A stretch of DNA of 64,000 nucleotides from a candidate division WOR-1 bacterium RIFCSPHIGHO2_01_FULL_53_15 (GCA_001772335.1 METM01000021.1:57130-121129), one strand, 5' to 3'. Counted from the first letter of the stretch, positions 38,287 through 47,446 are shown. Translations and numbers: made by a program. The notes: a model not told the origin generated them from the sequence alone.

Positions 38287-40965
38287 TCAGCGTTCAGGGA
38301 AGGGGACTCCGTTTCTTTCGCAAAGTTCTATTAGGCGTTGTACATCCCAGTTGGCGTAAAAATCGTAGAACTTGGTGTAAGGCTGGGCCAGCAGACCAAG
38401 AACTTCAGCGACATACCGATCGCTCTTCGGGGGAATGGCCTTTTTCACATCGGCCAGACTGATTCCGGTCAATTTTAATGTCATGAATTCGCGGACATTG
38501 CCGGTGTGCAGGAAAAGTGAATTGTCTTTCAGCCCCGTCTTTTCGATCTCCTTGCGCGCCCGATTAACCTCTCGCTCGCCGACCATCTCCAGCAAGCCGC
38601 GATATTTTTGGCACAAGACCCATTCATTAATGAGCTGAGCGATTTCCTTCGGGGAAAATACCCGCCAGAAAGCGACCGGCATTTCACCCGCCAGAAAGCG
38701 GCCGAGCATGAACGAGCCGGCGCTGTAGCCGGAGCGTTTTTCTTTTTCACAGCGGGCAAGGGCGATCTTATAAAATTTGAGCTTTTTATCCAAAGTTAAA
38801 TAATCAAAGATCACGAACTGGCTGTGGTGGTCCCCCAGGCCGGCGGCCAGGACGCCGTCAACATATGCCTCGGGATTGGCTTCGAACCAGGCGTTGGCCA
38901 ACGCGGCTTTTTTCTCCTCTTTTTTTTCGTTTCTCATCTCGACCAGGATCAGCCGGATCAGCGAGCCGAGATCAAGAATATTGGAGGCCTCTGACGCGCC
39001 GCCGGCCAGTTTTTGATATTTTCTGTAGGCGGCGGCGAGCGACTTAAAGAGCGATTCTTCGGCCGCTGTCAGATCAATTTTTTCACCCTCGAGATAGCGC
39101 ATGAAGCGGGCGGGGGTGAATTTGGCTTGCCCGAGCAGCAACACGGCGTGTTTGCTGGAGAGGGTGACCCAGTCACCCTCGTTGATCATTTGGCCGTCGG
39201 CTGACTTTAGCTTCTTGTTTCTGGCGTCCAGTGAAACGCCGCTCTCTTCAAGATTGAGGAGCGCTGGTATTCCGTGACCCCGCGAGGTTTGAACGACGTG
39301 GATCGCCGCCGGCGTCAGGCTGACGAGGCCGTCGACCCGGCTAAGAACAGGGGTGTCGGTCGGCGCAAATGTTTCTTTAGCCAGAATGACCTTTTCGCCA
39401 TTTTCTTTGGCGGTCACGGCGGCCGAGGCGGAGAAATAGACGCGTCCGCTGACGGCGCTCCTGGGCAGGACCGAAGCCCCTCGCGCGAAGAACGGCAGTT
39501 TGGCCAGCGATCCCGGATCGATCGCTTCCGACTCGACCTGCCTGATGTGATATGGTTTGATCAGTTCTCTGATCCGCGCCTCGGCGATCGTTCCCTGCCG
39601 GAACAACTCCATGACCGAGAGCAGGGTCCCGATACCGGTCAGTTCGGCCGGGTTGAGCTGGAGGAGGGCAAAGAGGTCGCTTTCGGCGGCGAACTCGACC
39701 GTGACCGGCGCCCGCAGGTATTTCTCAAGCGCGATGAGCTGCGGAGCGAAATGATAGACGGCGGGGAATTTTTCCCTGATCTCGGCCCGGCCAAGAAAAT
39801 CGGTCGTCTCGGGAGTGAGCACGCCTCCCGTCATGATCTCCTCGCCAAAGACGGAGCGGGCGCTCTCAAGCGACATGCCGGTCCCGGTCCGGGCGTGGCG
39901 GCTGAGCAGAACCCCGGCGTAGGAGCGCCGGCTGAGCGCGCTGCAGACCATCTTCTGGAAGATCATCGTCGGATACTGCTCCTCGCCGCGCATAAAGGTG
40001 CGCAGGAGGTCCAGGTTGTCGCCATAATCTTCGTAGGCCCTGGCCAGGAAGAAGACGACCTGATAATAAGGATCGGTGATGAGCCGCGGGTCCTTCCGCC
40101 TGATCATCGTCATCAGCTCATCAACCAGGGTCTGGTTGTCTTTGTGGCCGAGATCGGGCCTGACTTTGTGGCGGATCTTCTCGTATCCGGCCGGATCAAG
40201 CGCCCGCAGGATATTGCGGAGATTGTTCAGGATGATCCGGACGGCCGCTTCGTTGCCGTACCGCCGGGTCAGCGCGTCATAAGCGCTTTCGACGACGCCG
40301 GCGTTAAGATAAGTCGGCATGACGCCGGGGATGTAGGCCGGCATGGCGCAGCGCATCGCCGCCAGGAGAGGGTCTTCGGAGTGGCCGAATTGCTGGCCGG
40401 TCAGCTGTTCCAGGTTATACACCGCGTCGTGGATGTGCTTTTCGCGCTCTTTCAGGGTGAGCCGATATGCCCTGGCCGTCAGGAAACTAAAATCAGGAAC
40501 AGGATAGCCCTGCTTGATGAGGGCAAGGAGGACGGCGCCCTTGTTGCTGATCAGCTCTTCAGGATAGGCGGCGTCGGTCGTCGACGGGATGACGAATTCG
40601 TTCTCAGTGAAACGTACGCCGGAGAAATGAGGCGAGATCGCCGCCAGGGCGGTCTCTGCCTTGCTCCGGAGCTCTTTGTGCGCGCCAGTGTCGCCCTCTT
40701 TGGCTTTCAGTATCAGATCGAGATGGTCAAGCGCTCCCTGCGCTTGGTCGAATTCGGCGGAATCAAAATAGCGCAAAAAAGGGATGTCGGTGTCGCGGAC
40801 GCTGACGGCGGCCGGTCGGCCGGCATTATTAATGTAATCGACCTCGGCCGGCAGGTGGCCCGGCAGGGCGGCCGGTATCCGCCCGGCTGATCTCGTCGCT
40901 AATCTGTCATATAATGTACGGCGATTGACATAGCCGCCGCGCACCTGCAGGATCTGCCTGATCAT
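38287..40965 (-). CDS. PPDK-derived protein: ATP-grasp + phosphohistidine-swivel-like domains, with the PEP/pyruvate barrel replaced by an unrelated C-terminal region
   Basis: 892 aa. NKGAVLLALIKQGYPVPDF~GGKGANL..G.PVPPGF. PLLAAMRCAMPAYIPGVMPTYLNAGV~FSVRSGA..MPGMMDT.LNLGL. FGEEIMTGGVLTPET~GEDVVAGVRTP. SLTPAAIHVVQTSRGHGIPALL~GGATSHAALVGRQMGKPAVV, with the His codon at 39300-39298. None of the RTEHMF, GTNDL or CGE motifs is present. Confidence 0.65.
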   Translation of the reverse strand: MIRQILQVRGGYVNRRTLYDRLATRSAGRIPAALPGHLPAEVDYINNAGRPAAVSVRDTDIPFLRYFDSAEFDQAQGALDHLDLILKAKEGDTGAHKELRSKAETALAAISPHFSGVRFTENEFVIPSTTDAAYPEELISNKGAVLLALIKQGYPVPDFSFLTARAYRLTLKEREKHIHDAVYNLEQLTGQQFGHSEDPLLAAMRCAMPAYIPGVMPTYLNAGVVESAYDALTRRYGNEAAVRIILNNLRNILRALDPAGYEKIRHKVRPDLGHKDNQTLVDELMTMIRRKDPRLITDPYYQVVFFLARAYEDYGDNLDLLRTFMRGEEQYPTMIFQKMVCSALSRRSYAGVLLSRHARTGTGMSLESARSVFGEEIMTGGVLTPETTDFLGRAEIREKFPAVYHFAPQLIALEKYLRAPVTVEFAAESDLFALLQLNPAELTGIGTLLSVMELFRQGTIAEARIRELIKPYHIRQVESEAIDPGSLAKLPFFARGASVLPRSAVSGRVYFSASAAVTAKENGEKVILAKETFAPTDTPVLSRVDGLVSLTPAAIHVVQTSRGHGIPALLNLEESGVSLDARNKKLKSADGQMINEGDWVTLSSKHAVLLLGQAKFTPARFMRYLEGEKIDLTAAEESLFKSLAAAYRKYQKLAGGASEASNILDLGSLIRLILVEMRNEKKEEKKAALANAWFEANPEAYVDGVLAAGLGDHHSQFVIFDYLTLDKKLKFYKIALARCEKEKRSGYSAGSFMLGRFLAGEMPVAFWRVFSPKEIAQLINEWVLCQKYRGLLEMVGEREVNRARKEIEKTGLKDNSLFLHTGNVREFMTLKLTGISLADVKKAIPPKSDRYVAEVLGLLAQPYTKFYDFYANWDVQRLIELCERNGVPFPER

Positions 40966-40974
40966 AGCACTTTC

Positions 40975-41002
40975 TTATCGGCCAAACCGGCGGGAAATTT
41001 CA
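40975..41002 (-). promoter_or_regulatory. promoter-like motif copy 5 (minus strand): TGAAAT-N16-CGATAA
   Basis: The minus strand reads tgaaat ttcccgccggtttggc cgataa gaaagtgct ATG. The -10-like element ends 9 nt before the start codon at 40965, so the transcript would be nearly leaderless. Confidence 0.45.
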
Positions 41003-41035
41003 TTCAGAAGCGCTCGAGAAACGCCGAACTTTACT

Positions 41036-41063
41036 TGAAATTTTGTTTTATGGCCGCAGATAT
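41036..41063 (+). promoter_or_regulatory. promoter-like motif copy 4: (T)TGAAAT-N16-AGATAT
   Basis: cttgaaat tttgttttatggccgc agatat, 15 nt before ATG 41079. Confidence 0.4.
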
Positions 41064-41078
41064 ATAGCTGGGAGAAAC

Positions 41079-43589
41079 ATGATAAAGATCATTGAGCAGT
41101 CCCGGCCATATTTTTCGCGGAGCGCCATGTTGCGCGGCCTCAGCGAGCGGCTGGCGGGGAGAAAGACACCGGCAGCGAGCTTCGCGTTCTCGGTGCGCTT
41201 TGAGGGCGGCCGGGCTGGCGCTGCTGAGGTTAACCTGCGGGCTTACGACGCGCTCTATTTCAGCAACCCATATTCTCCCGAGGCGGCCGAACACCTCGAC
41301 CTTATCCTGCAGGCGCGGCGGGGCAATAACCGGGCTCAAGCGGCCCTGCGCAAAATGGACCAAGAGGCGCTTGACCGGCTGGGCCAGGCGAAGCCGGAGA
41401 GATCCCGGCCGAATAGGTTTGACGAATTTCTGCTTTCTTCCGGCGCTCCTCACGAGAGCAGCCGTCAGGAGGCGGGGAACAAGGGTTATAACCTCCTGGC
41501 TCTCAGCGCGCAGGGCTTTCCGGTCCCGTCTTTTTGCATTATCAAGGCCGGCTACCGGAAGGCGTTTATTGGGATCAACTGGTCAAAAAGAAACGCCGTC
41601 AGGCAATCAGCCCTGACGAAGCTGGAAGCCCTGACCGGCAAAAAATATGATAATGACGCCAGGCCGCTGCTGTTTGCCATTCGCTCCTGCTTGCCGGAAA
41701 GCTTGCCCGGGATCTTGCCGACCTATCTGGCGGTCGGCGCGACGCAAAGATCGCTCCCCGGCCTGGTCCGGCTTTACGGCGAGCGGACTGCCTATGAGCT
41801 GCGCGCCAATCATTTAATGAGTTTGCTGCTGGCGGCCGAGCCCATCCGCTATCAGCCGTTGCTTGACGGGCTGGGACAGGAAAGGAGCGGCATTCGGGCG
41901 CTGGTTTTTCGGCTCGAAAGGCTGGCCGAAGCGGACGAGCGGAGCCGTTTTTTTACCCCGGAGAGATGCGTAAATTTCTTGATCGACAGGATCGAACTGT
42001 TCTGCGGCGATAATCAGGAGATGCTGCGCTCACTGATGGACGGGGCGCAAACCGAACCGGCGATCATCCTGCAAGAGATGGTCGTGGGGAAAATAGCCGT
42101 CAATTCTTTTGCCGGTGTTTTTAACACGCGGGAGCCGGGCGGCGGGGAAAGGCGCCAGCTGCAGGTCCGCCCCGACGCTTTTGGCGAGGAGATCATGACC
42201 GGCGGCGCCGAGGTTGAAGAGATAACTTTTGCCGAGAGAGCCGTACTGCGGAAAAGGCACAGGGAGATCTACGAGATCATTGACTGTCTGATCGCTCTGG
42301 AGGCGGCCGAGGGCGCGCCGCTGACTTTTGAACTGACTTCCGAGCGCGGCATGATTGCCGTACTCCAGATGGATAAGACCTCATTGTCCGGTGTCGCCGC
42401 GCTCAGGTCGGCGGTCCGTCTCCTGCGGGAGGGCAAGATCAAGCGGAGCGGCCTGCTGGAGATCGTCAAGCCGTTCCATTTGCGCCAGCTCTTCTCCGAC
42501 ACGGTCGAAGGCAAGGACTCGCTGCGGCCTTTTGCCGGCGGCCTGAGCATTTTACCGCGCGGCGAGGTCTGCGCCCGGGCGTATTTTTCCGCGGCCAGCG
42601 CCCTGGCGGCGCGTGAGCGGGGAGAGAAAGCGATCATGATCCGGGAGATTTTTCAGCCAGCGGATGTCGAGGCGATGGTCGAGATGAGCGGGCTGGTGAG
42701 CGTCTCCAGGTCGCCGGTGCACGTGGCGCAGATCGCCAGGAAATACGGTATCATTGCCCTGGTCGGGCTCTCTGACAGCGGAGCGGTCCCGGTGATCAGG
42801 GAAAATGAACTTGTTTTGCCGGATGGCCGCCGGATCGGCGAAGGCAACTTTGTTGTCATCTCGAGCGAAGAGCAGAGGTTGTACCTTGGCGAAGCGAAAA
42901 CCGTCCCTTCAGGCATGACGGAGAGCAAAGAGCTCTGGCCGGAGCTTGTTTACTTCAAGGATGAGCTTACGCGTTTTGCGGCGGCGGAGGTCGCTGACGG
43001 CCAGGCGCTGGACAATCTGGTTGATCTGCTCTTGATATTCGGCGAAACGGAAGCGGCGCGGCAGCTGGTTAACCGCTGGTTCAGGGAAAGGACGGAAAGT
43101 TTCCTGTCGTATTTTGCGGCCACTCGGATCGGCCGCCACCGCAGCCGCCTCCAGCTTTTCAGCCTGCTTGATTTTCCCTTCAACCAGGCGGAGCTGATCA
43201 GGCGGTTGTCCGGGCGGCCAAAGAATGCGGACGCCGAAGGCATGTTCATCATCGGCCGGGCGATGGTCTGGGTCGAAGAAAAGCTTGGTGAGTCCGCCCT
43301 CAACCGGCTCTGCAGCGGTTTTTCCGGCGAGTTGACCCGGGCTATTCGGGCTGAGATGAAGCGGGCCAGGGAATATCTCGGCGTCGCGCGCGCCGAAAAG
43401 CCGGCGACCGATGGCCGGGCTTTAGGTAATTCGATGGAAAGAATTCTTCGGGCGGTTTTGGAAAGAAAAGAATCGGGCCTTTCAGAGGAAGAGGCGGACC
43501 AGGTGATCTGGCTCGCCATGCAGGACATCGATCCATTGCACAAGCCGCACAAGACGATCGCGCGCGCTCTCGGCGAATTAAAAAAATAA
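41079..43589 (+). CDS. PPDK-derived protein, paralogue of 38287-40965 (ATP-grasp + swivel-like, no PEP/pyruvate barrel)
   Basis: ATG 41079 follows GGGAG. Contains NKGYNLLALSAQGFPVPSF, PLLFAIRSCLPESLPGILPTYLAVGA, FGEEIMTGGAEVEE and VSVSRSPVHVAQIARKYGIIALVG (His codon at 42720). Its N-terminal extension shares HLDLIL.A..G with its paralogue. The C-terminal ~290 aa is unrecognised. Confidence 0.65.
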   Translation: MIKIIEQSRPYFSRSAMLRGLSERLAGRKTPAASFAFSVRFEGGRAGAAEVNLRAYDALYFSNPYSPEAAEHLDLILQARRGNNRAQAALRKMDQEALDRLGQAKPERSRPNRFDEFLLSSGAPHESSRQEAGNKGYNLLALSAQGFPVPSFCIIKAGYRKAFIGINWSKRNAVRQSALTKLEALTGKKYDNDARPLLFAIRSCLPESLPGILPTYLAVGATQRSLPGLVRLYGERTAYELRANHLMSLLLAAEPIRYQPLLDGLGQERSGIRALVFRLERLAEADERSRFFTPERCVNFLIDRIELFCGDNQEMLRSLMDGAQTEPAIILQEMVVGKIAVNSFAGVFNTREPGGGERRQLQVRPDAFGEEIMTGGAEVEEITFAERAVLRKRHREIYEIIDCLIALEAAEGAPLTFELTSERGMIAVLQMDKTSLSGVAALRSAVRLLREGKIKRSGLLEIVKPFHLRQLFSDTVEGKDSLRPFAGGLSILPRGEVCARAYFSAASALAARERGEKAIMIREIFQPADVEAMVEMSGLVSVSRSPVHVAQIARKYGIIALVGLSDSGAVPVIRENELVLPDGRRIGEGNFVVISSEEQRLYLGEAKTVPSGMTESKELWPELVYFKDELTRFAAAEVADGQALDNLVDLLLIFGETEAARQLVNRWFRERTESFLSYFAATRIGRHRSRLQLFSLLDFPFNQAELIRRLSGRPKNADAEGMFIIGRAMVWVEEKLGESALNRLCSGFSGELTRAIRAEMKRAREYLGVARAEKPATDGRALGNSMERILRAVLERKESGLSEEEADQVIWLAMQDIDPLHKPHKTIARALGELKK

Positions 43590-43592
43590 CCT

Positions 43593-43620
43593 GAAATTTC
43601 TTAAACGGCCTATCGAAAGA
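43593..43620 (+). promoter_or_regulatory. promoter-like motif copy 3: TGAAAT-N16-CGAAAG
   Basis: tgaaat ttcttaaacggcctat cgaaag, immediately after the upstream stop codon and 27-42 nt before the next start. Confidence 0.4.
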
Positions 43621-43646
43621 AAAGAGGGACATAGAACAGGAATTGC

Positions 43647-46600
43647 ATGGGAGGAAAGACAATGATTAGAGTTGGAGAACGAGTTGACCGTCTGGCGACC
43701 AGGGTGATGACGCCTATCGTTTCTAAAATGGCGGGCAACCGCACGCTTGGCAATTTAGCAATGAGCGCCTCTTACCGGACAGCCCTGGCGGCTGATCTCG
43801 CTGGCTTCAGATCGTGGCAGATGGGGAGCGCCCTGCAAAGAGCGGCCGATCTGCAAGGGGTCGAAAACTATTCCGCCCTCATGAACCGTTATGCGCCTTT
43901 ATCATCGTCTTTCCTCCCGGGACCGCTGCAGCCTGCCAGCGGGTCGTACCTGGAAAGAGGCTGGGTCATAGCCAACCACAAATTAGTTTCTTTTCATGCC
44001 GCTTTTATTTCTTCGGTCTTGAGTTTGTCTGATGATGTCCAGGGGAAACTGGAAACCCTGAAATTCATGTTCCTCAGCACCGAAACGGTCGTTTCATCGG
44101 CCATGCTTTATCTTTCCTGGCACGCCGGCATTGCTATCCACGAAATGGGCCACTACCTGACCGCGGCTAAATTGACGGCGCTGAACAAGGCTTCTCAAGA
44201 AGCAGCTGATAGCATGAAAGACAAAGGGTTGTTGTCGAAAGTCGGCTGGTACTCGAAAATGTTCATGACCATCCCCTGGGGAAAATTTGAAGGCGTCAAA
44301 AATGACGGCGGCAATTATTCGCCGGATTCGCCTTACAACCTCGCGGTCTCCGCGGCGGGCCCGAGATGGAGTTCATACCTGGCGCTTGTCGCCCTGCCGG
44401 CCGCGACCGCGGCGATCTCGGCCGGGCTTATCTTTGGCAGTGAGACAGCCACATACATTGGCCGGTTCCTTCTGGGGCCTGGCGTGGTTGGCTTGCTCGA
44501 CCGGCTCCTGGCCGATCCCGGAAAATTGAAGGAATTTAACACCCGCGAGGAGCGGGCGAAGGTGGCGGCGGCAGAAGCAACGCGCCGAGCGGCCGAAATG
44601 GGCGACCTGGCCGAGGAACTAAGCAATATCAGGCAGACGCTGATAAATTCCCGCATGGTCACGATTACTCTGGCCGACGGATCGAAAGTTTCCGCCCCCT
44701 GGCAGTGGAGGAATTGCGCGATGGGCGGCCGCCACACCGAGAAGGAATATCCGGAGAGCAATATCAGCATGCAGGAAAGCATGTTCATCCCCCTCTCGGC
44801 CAAAACTTATGAGGATGCCCAGGAAATGACCCTAAAACTGCAAACCAGATTAAAAGAGATCATTGAAAAGTCGCCCGGCGGCAAGGTCATGGGGATCGGG
44901 TTGGAGGGCGGGATAGCGCCTTATCTTGAGAAAGAAGCGGGCGACAAGGTGCCGGAGCAAAGATTATGGAGGTTGATGAAGCAGGCGATCCTTGATTGCG
45001 GCTACATCCCGGGCAAAGATGTCGCCATCGCGCTTGACCCGGCCGCTTCGGAGCTGGAAAATGCCTATCGCAAACAGAACAAAATGCCCGATTCGGTCGG
45101 CAGGTATTATTTCTGGCGCGGCAAAGAGAATATCTCCATGTCGCGGGATGAAATGCTGGCGCTTTACAAAGAGGCGATCGAAAAAGACGGCGTGCCGATC
45201 ATTTCCATTGAAGACGGTTTTGGTGAAAGGGACCATGAGGGCTGGGGATTGTTGATGAAGGAAATGGGGGACCGGCTCTTTGTCATCGGCGACGACCTGG
45301 TGACGACCAATGACGCCATCATCGAAGAGGGAGCGCGCAAAGGCCTCATCAACGCGGTTCTGGTCAAACTCAACCAGATCGGCACGGTTTCCGAAGCGGT
45401 CCTGGCCATGCTGACCGGTATGGCTTACGGGGCGGAGATGATCATTTCTCACCGCTCCAAATCACCCAACGATCCGTTTGAAGCCGACGTCTCAACGGCC
45501 ATGAACGCAGTCGGCCAGAAAACCGGCGGCGGCGCCAACACGGAGCGTTTGCAAAAATACGGCCGGGTCGTCGAAATATTATCGTTTGCCGAAAACACCG
45601 GCCGGCCTTTGACCGGATCGGAAAAACAGGAATCCCTCAGATTGCTGCAGGAACTGGTCAATGAATTGACCGGTCGGACTGACGTCTCCGTTCTGCCTGA
45701 GATGGCCGATCGCGACATTTCTGAATTAATGTTCCGCTTGCTGGCGATCGAATCGGTGATCGGCACAGAAGAGCCGACTAACGCCGGCATCCCATCCGCC
45801 AAAGCCACGCTCTTATTGAGCCGCAGCGGGGGCGTCCGCTTTACCGGTTCAACTCCGCTCGGGACCTCGGCCGGTGAAACCGAAGCGATCCATCTGGTTG
45901 ACAGCATCATCGCGCCGGATGAGGTCACGGCTAAATATCCCGACCTGTTCAATGTCGTTCCCGAAGATAAGACGCTCCGCTTTAAGAAGGATGTCAGGCG
46001 GGGGTATGTTATCGCCAAAAATGACGCGGCTTTACTGGTCATGTTTGATCGGGCCAAACGCTATGACGGCAAGGGTTGTCTGACTGCCGCCGGCAACATT
46101 GAGACCATTTTGGCCAAAGCTTTCAAGGGCAAGCGGGTCTCCAGCCTGGGCAGCCTGGCCGAGATCGACGCCGAGCTTCTGCGGCTGGAGAAAGAACAAG
46201 CTGTGGCCAGGGGAATATTGGCTGCGGATGCGCCAGTTGACGATCAGATCCATGTCATGCAGCGGAAGGGAACGATCGGCATGAATGCCATCCTTTCCAT
46301 GTCGCTGGCTCTTGGCCGGGCATTAGCGGCCAGCCAGGGCAAGGAATTGTGGCAGTTGATCCGTGAAAGCGCAATGGATGTGATGGCCAAATTTGTAGCC
46401 GCCCATTCGGCCGACCCGGCCAAAAAAGATGTCCGGGCCCTGAAAGCGATGAATATTGACGATCTGCGAGTACTTTTCCGCGAAACTGCAAAGCGGTTAA
46501 TTGCCGAGGGCAAAGAAATCCATGGCGTCCTGCGCGAGCTCCTGCCCGTTTATGCCTTGCCGGAAGACGTCCGGGCGCGCGCCATTTTTACCGACCGGCT

Positions 46601-47180
46601 CGTCATTAGCCAGCTGGGCAAACTGAGCCAGCGGCGGATGGCAATTCTCAATAAGATTTTTGAGATCGAAGGTTCGCTCGTGTATAACGTTGAGTTGCGC
46701 AATCTGGGCGAAAAAGAGGTTCCCTATCTTCATGTCCGGCCCGGCTCAAAACAGGGCTTGGGTTCCGCCTATGTCTCACGGGCGGATGCGGGCTTTACTG
46801 CCGCCTCTACCCACAAGGCCGATACAATCATTCAATCCGGCATTTGGATCAGCAACCTGGGCCTTGATGGGCAAAGCGAAGCATTTGGCAATCGTCACTA
46901 CGTGGCCATTCCGCACAGAACGGGAGACAAAACCGGTGAGATCACCTTGTTATTTGGCCGCTTCAGGAAAAATGTGTCATTGGCGGAGCGGAAGGAATTG
47001 TTTGCCGATGAGATCGGGAGTGTTTTACGTTTTATCGGAGACGAGAAGATCGACATAACCGATCCGATCATGCGTGAAAAGATTGATGCGGCATTATTGC
47101 TGATCCCGCTCCACGAGTTTTTCGAGCGCGATAAAAAGGGCCTTTACGTTAAATATGTTAAGCCGGCGCTGACAAGCTAA
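43647..47180 (+). CDS. 1177-aa multidomain protein: hydrophobic HExxH N-terminal region + circularly permuted enolase + unknown C-terminal domain
   Basis: The N-terminal third has LSWHAGIAIHEMGHYLTA (HExxH in a hydrophobic stretch) and a later LLGPGVVGLLDRL, both reminiscent of M50. The enolase barrel comes first: AMGGRH (from 44715), MQESMF, GLEGGIAP, LDPAASE (D at 45036), SIEDG (E at 45210), IGDDL (45291), VKLNQIGT (K at 45366), SHRS (H at 45450) and QKTGGGANTER (K at 45519). The enolase N-domain follows: PLGTSAGETEAIHLVD (S at 45867), RYDGKG and GMNAILSMSLALGRA. The start may be ATG 43662, which follows GGAGG. Confidence 0.75.
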   Translation: MGGKTMIRVGERVDRLATRVMTPIVSKMAGNRTLGNLAMSASYRTALAADLAGFRSWQMGSALQRAADLQGVENYSALMNRYAPLSSSFLPGPLQPASGSYLERGWVIANHKLVSFHAAFISSVLSLSDDVQGKLETLKFMFLSTETVVSSAMLYLSWHAGIAIHEMGHYLTAAKLTALNKASQEAADSMKDKGLLSKVGWYSKMFMTIPWGKFEGVKNDGGNYSPDSPYNLAVSAAGPRWSSYLALVALPAATAAISAGLIFGSETATYIGRFLLGPGVVGLLDRLLADPGKLKEFNTREERAKVAAAEATRRAAEMGDLAEELSNIRQTLINSRMVTITLADGSKVSAPWQWRNCAMGGRHTEKEYPESNISMQESMFIPLSAKTYEDAQEMTLKLQTRLKEIIEKSPGGKVMGIGLEGGIAPYLEKEAGDKVPEQRLWRLMKQAILDCGYIPGKDVAIALDPAASELENAYRKQNKMPDSVGRYYFWRGKENISMSRDEMLALYKEAIEKDGVPIISIEDGFGERDHEGWGLLMKEMGDRLFVIGDDLVTTNDAIIEEGARKGLINAVLVKLNQIGTVSEAVLAMLTGMAYGAEMIISHRSKSPNDPFEADVSTAMNAVGQKTGGGANTERLQKYGRVVEILSFAENTGRPLTGSEKQESLRLLQELVNELTGRTDVSVLPEMADRDISELMFRLLAIESVIGTEEPTNAGIPSAKATLLLSRSGGVRFTGSTPLGTSAGETEAIHLVDSIIAPDEVTAKYPDLFNVVPEDKTLRFKKDVRRGYVIAKNDAALLVMFDRAKRYDGKGCLTAAGNIETILAKAFKGKRVSSLGSLAEIDAELLRLEKEQAVARGILAADAPVDDQIHVMQRKGTIGMNAILSMSLALGRALAASQGKELWQLIRESAMDVMAKFVAAHSADPAKKDVRALKAMNIDDLRVLFRETAKRLIAEGKEIHGVLRELLPVYALPEDVRARAIFTDRLVISQLGKLSQRRMAILNKIFEIEGSLVYNVELRNLGEKEVPYLHVRPGSKQGLGSAYVSRADAGFTAASTHKADTIIQSGIWISNLGLDGQSEAFGNRHYVAIPHRTGDKTGEITLLFGRFRKNVSLAERKELFADEIGSVLRFIGDEKIDITDPIMREKIDAALLLIPLHEFFERDKKGLYVKYVKPALTS

Positions 47181-47221
47181 ATTGTTTAGAAACTGTTCCA
47201 AATAACATGGGAGGGGAAAAA

Positions 47222-47428
47222 ATGCTAAAGGAATTCCGCTGCAAATTCTGCCACCGCCTGCTGGCCAAAGTCGGCGAGGGATCGAAAGTCGAGATCAAGT
47301 GCCCCAAATGCAAAACGCTGAGCCTCTATAATGAAGAAACGGTCGTCGTCTACGAAGTGCCCGAGAACAACGTCACCAAAAAGATCATCGAGCGCGGCTG
47401 GGTCAAGTACGACGTGATCCAGAACTGA
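47222..47428 (+). CDS. Com-family zinc-ribbon protein
   Basis: ATG 47222 follows GGGAGGGG. FRCKFCHRLLAKVGEGSKVEIKCPKCKTLSLY matches the Mu Com pattern RCxxCxKLL.....EI.CP.CK. Confidence 0.55.
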   Translation: MLKEFRCKFCHRLLAKVGEGSKVEIKCPKCKTLSLYNEETVVVYEVPENNVTKKIIERGWVKYDVIQN

Positions 47429-47446
47429 GTGGAAGAAAGATGAAAA

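Noticed and set aside
39274-40890. 538-aa ORF on the plus strand, antisense to the PPDK-like gene.
   Set aside because: It lies entirely inside a longer ORF that has clear family motifs. Its translation is Arg/Gly/Asp-rich low-complexity sequence, typical of the antisense frame of a GC-rich gene. It has no start context.
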